Assembly: GCA_051362555.1 (NCBI GenBank)
Contig: CM120648.1
Span: 2,023,721-2,087,720, forward strand
Origin: Lingula anatina
Lineage: Eukaryota; Animalia; Brachiopoda
DNA: 64,000 nt
Direction of reading: 5' to 3'
Shown piece by piece: positions 12,801 to 24,855 of the stretch. Every line of letters starts with the position of its first letter. The first letter of the stretch is position 1. Both the position numbers and the translations under genes were made by a program. The notes below the pieces were generated by a model. The model was not told where the DNA came from, did not search any database, and saw only the letters and a list, made by a program, of their open reading frames with translations.

Positions 12801-15800
12801 TTGTTTACCAAAAATTAAAAAAAGGAAATTGATGTACTTTCTTCTCAGTACACATTCATCTCACATGAAAAGTAAGAAACGATTTTACCCAAAAAATTGA
12901 TGTCTTGAATGTGTTTTGTCTTGGAATATACTTATAGTCTTTTAGTATTAAAGAATTTAACTAAAGCCTGTCTTGTTTGTAGGAGTATAACGTCCATGGT
13001 ACCATCAACAAGTCTAAGATGAGAAGATTGCTCATTCTGAATGATCTTCTCATGTGCACCAGTATAGAGAGAAAGTAAGTAGTACACTCTGATGTAGTAT
13101 CACATATGGTTAATATTACTTCTTTTTGCCAGTCTTAAGGTTGCTATTAATACAGTTAATTCATTGAATCTGTACTGTAATTTGTAATATAAGTTAATGA
13201 TTAGAAAAGACATGGTAACAAAGTACATGCACAAAGGAGGCTATAGCCAGTCTCAGATATAGTGTGATCTTTCCCCAGAGAGGAGAAGGTTATAGCCAGT
13301 CTCAAATATAGTATTATTTTTCCCCATAGAGACGGAGGCTAAAGCCATTTAAAATCAGAAATCCAATTTTGTTTCTTCACAGTTTTCAACCTTATCAAGC
13401 AGCCTTCAGACCCCAGGTGATAAAACAACTGAGGGCCATTTTTCCCACCTTTTTCTTACAACTCTTAACCATGTGTGTGTTTCAGGGAGTCTGAGAGTGG
13501 TAGCCTGATTGAGAAGCACCGTCTGAAGTGGTACGTCCCTATCAATGAAGTGGAGCTAGTTGACACGGCCATTACGCCTAACATGCAGGTGACAGTGAAG
13601 TCGGAGCCAGGGAGGACCACAATCTCTTCACTGAAGCAGGGAACTGTGAAAGGTATGGCCTATGGTTTACAGGCCTGGGGTGGGGGTTGGGGGGGTCTTT
13701 TTCGGGAATTAAGGTGCTTTTTTTTACCCCCTTAGTTGACCAAACTTCATAAATGGAGTTTTTTTTTTTTTTTTTGGAAAAAGGGGGCCTCTCCTCCCTC
13801 CTCTCCCGCCCTCTGCTTTTGACATAATGCAGTAGTGATACATTGATCTTCAACGGGGTGTGGGTGTCAGTGGGTCTCATTATATTGCAGTGATTCATGT
13901 GGATTGTAATTGAAAATTTTGTTAAATAGGTCATATAACATAGCTGTCAGATTTTAAGATAAATTTTATATATTACGTTTTTGTAGATTACTCCTCTGAG
14001 GGAGCGATGCAACTCCGTAGAGAACTAGACAACATGCTGCATGACTTTGCTGTGGTTGGTCAGGTGACAAACCTCATCTCTTCCCTGAGGTATCAATACG
14101 AGGTAAGAGATGTATGCTTACCAAGAGGAGGAATGTTTTTATAAATTATTATTTTATTTTGTATTTGGGACTACATGCCATAACCACAGATTTGGTGGAG
14201 ATTGTCAGAAATATTGAATTAAAAGCAATTCTCACCCCCAGTCTAAGTCAGAGCAAACATGATACAAGCACCCTTCATGTTCATCTGCTCTATTTTCCAC
14301 AAATTCAGCAAACTTCTTTTCCTTCCAGCTCTGTGTAGGGCTTTTTTGTTGCTGGTTGTAAAATGATTTACCAGTATTTAATTTTTCAATTTCTAGCTTC
14401 TTTCTGAAGAAACCATGGATAGTCTGAAACGCGAACTTCTTAGAAAAATCCAAGCCAAAGATGAACAGCTCCGCATGTACGACAGTTATACAATTCAGAT
14501 CACGTTTCCAGAAAAGTGAGTTAAACTTTATATAAATATAAAAATCAATAGTGTGTAAAACTTAAAATTATGAGCACAATATAAGATATGTTAGTTGAAA
14601 GACATCCAGATTTGAAATTATTAACATTTCATATTTTTGTAAAATGGAAGAAGCTATCACTCTTTAGATAACATAATTACGTAAAACATAATTATGTAAA
14701 ACTCTTTGTAATTCTGTCAAAATCCTTCTATATCTGATGTAGCACATTTTTGAACATTACAAAATTATTTATCAATTAATGATAGTAATTAATATTTGTA
14801 GAAATGCTAATCGTAGAGTCCTTATGCATTATTAAGCATTATTAGAGTAAGCCTACATATAGTTATGTAGTGACCTGTGCTGACATCTATAGTTCATTTC
14901 ACTATCACTATCAGTGCTTCCTGCAGGTTTTTTTCTGACCTAGATTTTCCACAGGTCAGGTCCTCAGTTGTGATGGCAATTGTAAAGCAGTGATTTTCCA
15001 TGCAGTTTGTCTTAATAAGGCTGGTTTTTTACAGTAAAATACAGCAGGATGCAGACTTGAAACTAGATTATTCTCCTGAGATCAGATTCACAAAAAGGCA
15101 TTATGCTGAAAATTTGATTTGGACTTTTATACAAAAAATGTAGACAGATCTTCTTTGGCCTAAGATAAATTAGTTGTAGTCTACTAAAATGAAAATCGTG
15201 CCTGTTTTTTTAAGGAGGAAATAGCAGACTTAGACCAGCTGTCTCTTTATTTGAGAAAGCTATTAGAGATGCATCTTGAATGAAAGTTGACCAATTGTTT
15301 GGTCCTAAATTTTAGACCAACTTATTTTGGTAGACCGGTTTGCAGCCTGCACTTGTAAAAGTCAAACTGCAACATAAACATCTGCAAAGTTCCTAGAAAA
15401 AAAATCTAACCTTTGCTTCTCTGTCTTCTGCCTCTCTGTGTCCAGTCACGTGCGGAATGCTATAGCCGAGTCGACTGCCCACTGGTCAGCTGCACTGAAA
15501 GACGACAAGAAAACCACAAAAAATAAATACACCATTAACAGGTGATAATTGTGAGGTCACTGCAGCAGTAACAAGGTGATGGGAGGTTGTATTGTTACTA
15601 TTACTACTATAGCATGTTGAGTTTATTATTAGTTATTAACAGTATTTATGAGAGATGGGCTCTTGAAGTGAGAGTAGGGTGTCACAGGTTGGGGTGTTCT
15701 AGGAGGGTGAGCTGTCCCAGGAGGGTGGGGTTTCACAGGAAAGTGGGGTGTCCCAGGAAAGTGGGATGTCAAAGGAGGGTGGGGTGTCATAAGAGGGTGG

Positions 15801-18800
15801 GGTGTCAGAAAAGTAACAGAGGCACCATGGTATTGGAAATGAAATGTATCATGATGTCCACCATGAATCTGAGTCATGAAAAGAGTCATACATGACATTT
15901 GTGATGTCACCATGTCAAGTTATGTGCTTCAGGAAGAGGAGTTTCAGAGCTGAAGTACTGCTTAGGAGTGTTGTTTTGAATTGACAATTTTATTCAGGTA
16001 TTATAATAAAAAGGAAATTGATTCACTAAAGAGTAGGTAACTTATTGGATGGTTTTACAGGGCTGTTATTGGATGATTAACTTACTGCTGCAGTGACCTT
16101 GACCTCTGACCTTTAACCTCAATAGTGTAACCCTTTAGGTTAATGGTTTTAGTTTGCTTTAGAGTAGTTATGTTTGCATGCATTATATTGATATGCATGT
16201 TATATTGTTTGCAATAATGAAAACTTGATGTTATCTTCCCCTTGGGCCATCTAATTCATTTTAGTGAAATAAAAACTTTATTTATTTATTTATTTATTTA
16301 AAAATATTTTTGAATTTAAGGAGATTACAGGTTGTGGGCATGTTACACATTCCAAACGTTTTGGAGACACGTCTTTTATGTGTCACAGTTTCTGTTCCTG
16401 CAGATTCCTTTCTTATTGTTTTACTAATCAGATGTACAAAAGGTCATTAATAAACTTATTTATTATGAAAGTTTAATTTTATTGTATCTAGCATGCATTT
16501 GTTTCTGTTTGATACCACATTTTATGGTTTGTTGTCAATATATTGTAAAAAGCATGCATTTGAATGCCACCATTGATGCCTTTGTGTTGACAATATCATT
16601 TATAGCTACTTGAACTGTTGTTGTTTGTAATATTGTGCTTGATCTTGTACAAGATTTGATGATTTGTAAGAAGTGGATTTATTCATTTAAACTTTTAATG
16701 ACAAAATATTGAATTTCATAAAGGAATCTTGGACCAAAAATTGAACTGCTAGAATAATTAGAAAATTGTGTTTGTGTACACTAAGTCTATTTGTCATTGA
16801 TAAATGTTGATGTCCAGAATGTTGACTCATCTGATACATCATTAGAGTACAGGTTTATAATTTATAATGCTCACATTTGCATGAGTATATTGCATGCCTT
16901 TATACAGTGTTATATGGTAAATCAGTGATTGTGACAGTGAACACAATCTGGTCTCAACCCATCTCTCCTAACACAATCTTAGTTCTGATGTGTATAACTT
17001 CTTGCTCTGTCTTTTTCAAATATAAAATGATGTTTTGGTATTAAAGATACGGAGGTAAATTAAGTGCTCATTGCAGGCATACGATGGATAACTCACATTC
17101 TTGAAGTCATATTGTAAATATAATTTATATTCTTTTACGTTTCTTACAATTATTTGTCTGTCCATACTTTTTTGCATAAAATGATCACAAAATTTTCAGC
17201 ATTACTCCTCTGTAGATATTGCAGGATTATGGGAGTAGCTTGATATAAGAAAGTGCGTTTAATGTTGTGCATGAAATGTCATCAATAAACCGACCACAAA
17301 GGACACAATAATCCTTCACAAAACTATATTTCTATAATAAAAATCTGTTACCCATTCCTGCCCATTTTAGGACGGGTCGTGTGAAGTACACATACCAGGT
17401 GAGATCGCCAGAGGAGAAGCAGTCCTGGGAACTGGACTTTAAGATGACCCAGTTAGCCATGGGTAAGTGTTGGTGCCGGATTGTTACACTGACCATAAAT
17501 ATTCCACTATCAGGGGTCCAAGCCAGAGGTTTCTGCCGGCTGAATGTTATTATTATTATTATTATTATCATTATCATTTATTTATTTATTTATTTATTTT
17601 GAGTTTGGAATGATTTTGACACTGTAAGAATATTTTGAGCTACATCTCAAGCCAGCACATTCCGTGTCTTACCCAACACAATGCATCTTTCTTCTCTAAC
17701 GCAATCTATTGTATTTCTTGCACCATTTCCTTGCAGATCCCAATAACAACCCAGCCTGGACCTTCCCAGAACATGTAGAGAGGGAGAAGGGACTCCTGAA
17801 GATGCCTCTCTTCATCAGAGCTCTGCCCATAGACATCACCAAACAGTATACCAAGGTCTGTTGAGTTTAAGGCTGTATTCCCAGAGCTTTTAGATTGATC
17901 TATCCCCGCAGGTAGTCTCACTAGATTACTGTCAGATAATCCGGCTTAAATGTCCGTCCCGCCTACTACAAGCTGTAAGGGGGTAATTAACTTTCGTGTC
18001 TGCCCGGCTGACAGCTATTTAGCGTGAACCCCCAGGGAGTTAGGTCGATCTAAAGTAGATTGATCGAATCTCTGGAAATGGGGTCTAAGACTTTTATAGT
18101 CTTATTTAATAAAGGAGTTGATTCTTAATGAGTGTTTGAAAACTAGGTTTTATGCAATTTTGGGTGCTTTCCAAAGATTTCTATCAGATTAATGAATGAG
18201 AGTTTGGATAATATATATAATTACAAGATTTATATGTAATGTATCTTCTTCCAGCATTTTTGTATAAGTTTCAACAAAGTTAGTGGACTCCAAGTTGAAA
18301 AAAAAATTTTTTTTCATTATTAGGTACTTGCATTTGATCAATATTGAATGGAATAACAAACAAAGAGTAAAGTCTATCAATTTTAATGTCTGAATTGTTA
18401 ATTGATTGTGTTAGTTGTGCTGTGTTCCAGGTGGATTGTGCTGTCCCAGTGTTCCTCCAGTCCAGTGATAACAGTGGACTGGGAATACAGCACCTCTGGG
18501 CATGTAGTAGTAATGAAGATAGGGGGCAGGTCAGTGCCAAGACAGTCTCATCAAAATCTAAACATTTACCATAAAGGTCTGCCAGTATTAATGTAGTGTT
18601 ATGGAGCAAGGTTAGGTACTACTCAAGGCTTGCGGTATTAAGGTGTTTCCATTCAGTATGACCATTACAAAAATAAGAAGAAAAAGGGTTAATGCATCCT
18701 TTGAAGTTAATACTGTACAGGCTCAGAGAAATTATTGCGTCACTTATTTTTCTGTAGAGCCTTAAATATGGGAAATGATTCTCCTTTACATCAATTATTA

Positions 18801-21800
18801 TGATTAAGTGTAATATATTGATTTGACTCCAAACATACCTGGTGTGTAACTAAGTTTCACCTCTTAATATATTTTTCATACCAGGTGACCATCATTTCCC
18901 TCCACACCAGTAAACCTAGGGTGATCGAATCCTTCATGGCTTGTGAGGCAAAGATAGTCTGTGTGGAGTTTGTCCCTGGTCCCAATTTATTTCATGGGGA
19001 AGATGCCAGTGACACTGTGTGTGCTGGGGACACAGTCTGGATGGGGACTGATAGTAACAGGTGTGTTAGGTGTGACAAGAAATTGTGTTGGGTGTAACAG
19101 AAGATTGTGTTAGGTGTGACAGGAGATTGTGTTTGGTGTTACAGTAACAGTTGTGTTAGGTGTCACAAGAAATTGTGTGAGGTGTGATTGGAGAATCCGA
19201 GATTGTGTTAGGTGTGACAGGAGATTGTGTTAGGTGTGACAGTAACAGGTGTGTTAGGTGTGACAGGAGATTGTGTTGGCTGTACCAGTCATTGTAGTTC
19301 AATATGATATGCTGTGTTGGATGTGAGTGGGAGATGCTATTGTGTAAATTGTGACTGAAATTGAAATGTGATAGGCACATGTTTTTTTACTTAAAGATTT
19401 TTTGTCCTTTATTATACAGTTTGTTCTAATACCAATTAAACAAAGATGTGATGAAGCCTGTTTTCTTCTCCTTGCAGAATTGGGGTATATTCAGTGAGGG
19501 AACAAGAGAGAAAAGATGCCATATTTACAATAGATATCCCAAACCCAATAAGGACAATGAAGTACATGAAGGACAAAGTATTTGTTGCCATGGAGAATGG
19601 TGCTATCGTAATATTCAGCAGGGGAAAGGGTAAGGCATGCCATAAGATTGTCCAGAGCTCCAGCCTTCTTCTCTCTTTTGAAAATAAAATTGTTTATCCA
19701 GCTCTAAAGAGAAGTAAAGGCACTTTGAAACCGATAAGATAAGGAATTTTTGAACTACGTCATAAAGCAATGCTTGCTTTCTTCAAAATTTTGATTTAGT
19801 TTAAGTTTTCCAGCTTTTTAATGGTAAAAACAGTTCAAATCAAGGTAAACCGTTTAGTTATATTTCTTATGATATATTACGAAACTGTTTGATTTATTCC
19901 TGACTGTAAATTGCAGATGATGAGTGGAAGATCAACGAGTCTCACACTTCCAAACTTGGAGAGCAGCCTGTCTTGTGTCTTCTGGAAGTGGAGGATAAGA
20001 TGTGGTGCGCCTGTGGGAATAAGATTAACATCATCAACCCAAAAACAGAACTGAAAGAGGTAAAATTATATGCATCGGAAATTGAAGTGTCTAATTATTG
20101 CTAAACCAGTTAAAAAGACTAAACAAATTATGGAGTTGTCCATTTGAATATAGATGATCCATGATTTCAATTTGACAACATTAGTTAAACCAGCACATAT
20201 TCTGCAATGGGGATAGAACTTTCTTAGTATCAATCCTGACAGCAGCAAAATAGTTTCATTTCGTTGATGAAAATTTCAGACCATTGTGATACTAGACAAG
20301 CTTTTACGCAAGAAGGTACTGTAACAAGTGACCCCACCCCACACCCCACCCTCCACCTTCTCCCCAGCTTACTTTTAGGTCATCCACTTGCAGATTAGAA
20401 GCAATTTGCTAGTATCCAAAGTGATGGCATGGCCTTATAAAATATTAGTTTAATGATCCATTAAATTTTGAAAAATGTTATGTTTCAAAGAAGGAGGAGA
20501 GGTGGTTTATTTGAATGCTGCCAGAAAAGCATGTTTTTGAATAATTGATTGTTCCCAGTCTTCTTTAACACAAGGCTTTGTGTTTGCATCAACCAGGCAG
20601 AGTCATATTTTCTTTCATCAAAATGGACCAGAAACCTCATATTAACCATCTTATTTCATAAAAGAGATGAAAAACAATACAATACATTGGAGTGAGGCAT
20701 GATTTCTGTCTGAGAACATGAATTGATTACTTTATATAATGTGATTTGTGATAATGATTTATTATGGTACTAGTGCATTTTACTATGTGTATCACAAAAC
20801 ATTTTACATAGATATATACATAAATGTGCATTAACTTGTTTTCATCAAGTTTCTGCTCACCTTCATGTAAGATGTCTCCATTTTCTTTTCTGTAGGAGAC
20901 ATTAAAATCATTCACAGCAGTATATATATCTTAAAATTGATTAATGGAAAAGAAATAATTGTAGCAATCTATGCTGTCCTAGAATACATATTAGTTTTGC
21001 CTCTGATATGGTTTCTGAAATAATTCTTGTAGAAAACTCTGACAGTAGAGAAGAATGGTTGTATACAGTGTATGGTGCAGTCTGGCTGCGGGTTCTGGAT
21101 CTCATTTAAAGAAGAATCCCTGATCCGCCTCTACCATGTGGAGACGTTCCAACATCTGCAGGACATTAACATAGCGTCGGCCGTCACCAGGGCACTGAAA
21201 CGTAAGTAAACATGGCTGCATCTGTCTCCATTTTAACTGAAAACATTTAAAGGCTGACATCATAAGGAATGATTGTAATAAAATTAAAGCTTCCTTGTCA
21301 TTGTGTTGAACATGTGATAAGACCTATAGCCTGGGGTTCAAATGAACTGCCCTTATGCCCCAGAAAGGTCAATACAGAATAAAGCACCACCATTGAAATT
21401 TGATATTCATATTTCCAGATAAAGCCAGAAAACCTGGTACAGATTTCTCACGTGGTATAGCCATCACCTGTCTCATGGCCAGCAGAGGTATCCTGTGGAT
21501 TGGTACCAACAAAGGTATAACCCTGTCTCTCCCCCTCCCCAGGTTGGAGGGTGTACCCCTCATCAGTCGAGGACCCAGCGTGTCATGCCACACCCATATT
21601 GGTCCTGTCAAATTTTTGGTGGGTATTTGCCCCGAGGTCATCATTGACCCTGTTCCTGGGCGGGCGGAGAGTTTCCAGGGAGATGCCAATGGCGAAAATG
21701 TTGATGTGAAGGATACGGACAGACTGGAGCTGCCTTGTTCTGCAGGCGATGCTTCAGCAACTTCGCCTTTGTCATCCCCTTCACCCAAAGCTACATCTCC

Positions 21801-22581
21801 CAAATGTCCACCAGAGAGTGCGTCTGGTTCTGGAAGTCAGACCATGCCAGCAGTGGTTTCCCCGAAGTCAAAGCGGAAGAGCAAGGGAGACATCAGGCGA
21901 ATATCCCTTTCCCATGTCAGTGAGAAAACTGAGAGAACATCTGACAGGGAGGTTATTCGTAGCTTCAGCATTGAGCATAGTTTTAAACCACTTAAAGCTA
22001 ATGCTAAGTCCAAATGGAAGTCCACCCCAATCGGATTGGATGCCATTGACAAGGTGGAGTACGATGATGATATTTCGGTGTTGTATGGAAGCTTGCTGAA
22101 AGGCACTGGGACGGAAGATTATGAAGACGTCTTGGTGCAGACTTCTGGAGAACATGGGTACATGACTCTACAGGCAACGGGAGCAGACCTCCTCCGTTAT
22201 CGAAAAACTAAAACTGCTTCAATAATGTTTCCCAAACGTCGGGTAAAAAGTATGGCGTCCCCTGCTGTTGGGGAAACAGCCCATACCTTCAGTTTCGATT
22301 CAGCTGTGAAGTTGCGCAGCTACAACAGAACATCTTCCGAACTGACAAGTAGTTTCGAGTCTGTAGATGAAACAGAAGAGGACATTGCCACCCCTGCTAG
22401 TGATGATGTGGATGAAAGTGATGCGGCAAAGTCCTCAGACAGAAAGTTGCATAATTTGCACTGTAAGTCTGTGATAGTTGTAAGTGGAGGAGATGGGTAT
22501 TTAAATTGGAACGTTGCCACTCCAAGGGACAAGAAACAGGAGGACGCGAGGCTTATTTTATGGCAGTGCAAGGTGGCTTAA
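1..22581 (+). CDS. ARHGEF10: Rho guanine nucleotide exchange factor 10 / 10-like (DH-PH-WD40-like propeller), 5' end outside the window
   Basis: GT-AG exons with consistent phase: <1-140, 460-682, 3335-3475, 4041-4091, 6427-6695, 8627-8869, 9347-9523, 9865-9981, 10092-10184, 10598-10822, 12983-13074, 13486-13652, 13987-14102, 14397-14515, (15446-15541 optional), 17371-17462, 17737-17855, 18431-18529, 18885-19060, 19478-19629, 19917-20059, 21033-21201, 21419-22581. DH motifs [38 protein letters not shown] and [24 protein letters not shown]. Family-type C-terminal motifs [10 protein letters not shown]...[20 protein letters not shown] and LILWQ. Linkage of the first four exons is less certain than the rest. 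Confidence 0.9.
1315..1610. repeat. Minisatellite, ~77-bp unit, ~4 diverging copies
   Basis: GGTA(T)TATACCTCTC recurs at 1321, 1398 and 1475 (period 77), with a degenerate fourth copy. It explains the repetitive ORFs at 1186-1618. Confidence 0.8.
2490..2635 (+). mobile_element. Possible degraded Tc1-type transposase fragment (HTH region)
   Basis: With one frameshift and one stop it reads [28 protein letters not shown], resembling the second HTH of Tc1/Tc3 transposases. No TIRs found. Confidence 0.3.
5878..5982. repeat. Short tandem repeat, ~40-bp unit x3
   Basis: TTCCACTAGATATT(T/A)AATGGAATG occurs three times in tandem. Confidence 0.75.
7683..7908. repeat. 28-bp minisatellite x8 (CACTGCCCTGCCACCTGGTGGGATATAC)
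   Basis: Exact period of 28 (e.g. TGGGATATAC at 7711 and 7739). It accounts for the six overlapping repetitive ORFs at 7618-8035. Confidence 0.95.
15675..15810. repeat. G-rich 18-bp minisatellite (~7 copies, AGGAGGGTGGGGTGTCMC-like)
   Basis: Visible periodic GGGTGGGGTGTC units, giving the RVGCxR repeats in spurious ORF 15587-15895. Confidence 0.8.
17871..18085 (+). mobile_element. PIF/Harbinger-like MITE (215 bp), copy 1
   Basis: Near-identical to 48240-48454. Imperfect TIRs (GGCTGTATTCCCAGAG... / ...CTCTGGAAATGGGGTC). Flanked by a TAA duplication (17868-17870, 18086-18088). Confidence 0.85.
19053..19280. repeat. ~22-bp minisatellite (AGGAGATTGTGTTAGGTGTGAC) starting at an exon/intron junction
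   Basis: About 10 degenerate units beginning at the splice donor at 19060/19061. Confidence 0.85.
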
Positions 22582-24855
22582 TTGGTCTCCACCAAGTAAG
22601 TCATTTTATCTGAACATCAATATTTTCATTCCAGTACAATGTATGTCTTTTCTATAGGAGGCTTAGGTTTAGGCTTCTCTGGCAGACTGGAGTACACAGT
22701 AATTGGTGACGTAATTACTCTGAGTGATTGCAATCGGCATTCCTAGAAGAATGTATCTTTACATTCTATTTATGGAGGCAAATAAAAACTAAGGGAAGTG
22801 AAATAGAAGAATAAGGATGGGACCAAGAGGACAAGTGATGCTTTTAAGCTTAAAAGCGCCACCTTTAATATTATAGGTCAAGCAGCATTCTCTGTTAATG
22901 TGCAATGGACCTTAGATTTTATACCAAGTGGAAACGGCAAAATGGAAATTTTTGTTTGATTCTGTTAATTGAAATAGGAACAGTAAGTGATTTAGATTCC
23001 CGTGACTTAACATTCTTTAGCAGAGAAGGCTTAGCTTATACACAATTTTCAACTAACCCAATTTTGAACTACAGTGGAAAAGTTTGTGAATAGCTTTTAG
23101 CACTGAAATACTTAGAATGGTAAGTAAAAATTATCTTAATGTTTCCAATATTTTTGCAGTGTTATTCCATTTTTGTTCTCACCCATGACTTACACTTCTA
23201 ATAGGATAAAAATGTTTACAATGTGATGATAAACAAGGTAGAAATAGGGTGCAAACTGTGATACATTTTTATGTTAAAGTTGTGGAAAACTCCTTATTGC
23301 CATATTAAGTTTGTGTAAAATTGCACACATATGACTTGCTGATGTACAATTTACAGTGGAACAAGTTTTTAATGAAAAATTCATATTGAAAAATAAGTCG
23401 ACTCTAAAAATTATTAAATATAGTTGTGAAAAAACAGCAAAGATTCATGGAATAAAGTAAGGGGCGTTAAGCTGTAATTGGATCAAATTATTTCTATTAG
23501 CACAATGCCTGTATGATTATTAAAAAAAGAACAAATTAAGGCAGAAATATTTGTAGGATAACTTTATTTGATAAATAACAGGTATTGTATAAAGTACACT
23601 TGAAATATTCCATATTGTGATATCTTATACAGTGAATAACAGGTCGGTGCGTGTTATGTAAAATGATGACTATTTTATACATCATGGTACAGTTTGTACA
23701 AATATTCTTGATAATATTAGCCTACATATAAAAGTGTATTGTAAACAGTTTTGAGAATTATCTTGTTGATACTATTTGTAGTTTTGCAGAATTGCTTTGC
23801 AGATGATAAATATTCAGTGATACTAGCTAAGATGTGCTTAAAGACGATTTTTATGAATTTGTGGTACAATAATTTTGATTATATATATATTATGATTAAT
23901 AAAAATCTGATGTTTTATGGTGCTTGACTTTTTTATAGAGTCACTGCTTTTACCATTTTTGAAAGTGTGTCAGAATCGGTCTGTATTGTCGTCTAAAATG
24001 TTTTAAAAATAGTTCTAAAAAGACATTTTTATTCTTATTTCTGATCGCTGATTAACATGAAATATTTTGATCAATGGGTGATAAAAAATCTATGAAGTTT
24101 TTGTATATGCTAATATTTCCTCCTTTTGATTTTTGTATAAATATCAGTGATTATAAAACTGCTTAAATGAATATTTACTGATGTATTCCTTGTCTATAAA
24201 TCTACTACAATGGATATACATGTACTGCGTATACCTGTAGTTGTGTAATATAAATATATAAAACGATACAAGTGAATGGACTTGTGTACATGACGTGGCT
24301 TTCAATTATTGTGAATATTTACTGGCTATATGCTGTTTATGTAGATTGTTCATTTTGATGAATAATAATGCACATCTTAAAATTGCCTTCGTGTGATTTG
24401 TTACTGTATTTAAAGCAATATTTATTAATGATGAGCCGCCATTTTACATATGTGAGCCATTTTGGATATCTCAAGCTTGCAGCCTATGAAGACTAAATAA
24501 TTTATCTGATCCATCAAGAACTATTTCAAAATCTGTGCAAAATTTCATATTTTGACCTCGTATGTTCATGTCGTATGACGACTCATCGCTGACACCTTTT
24601 TTTTCTTTCTATTTTTACGCAATAGTACACCATCGACCGACACTACGATAAGTCGGAAGGAGTTGAATTAGATAGATTAAAATTGTCCTTATTTCATAAA
24701 AGGAAATAGAAATTTTTACCAAAAGTTACTTCATTTTAGTTGACTGGGTTTACTCTGATGAAGACGCCATGCGCACCATAATATTAAAATTAACTGATTA
24801 GTGAAAGCCAGGTCATCGCGAAGATTCTCGTACCTCCTGGATAAGGTCGATTAAA

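Noticed and set aside
21369-22571. Several alternative-frame and antisense ORFs over the last ARHGEF10 exon
   Set aside because: Shadows of a long coding exon; no recognisable motifs.
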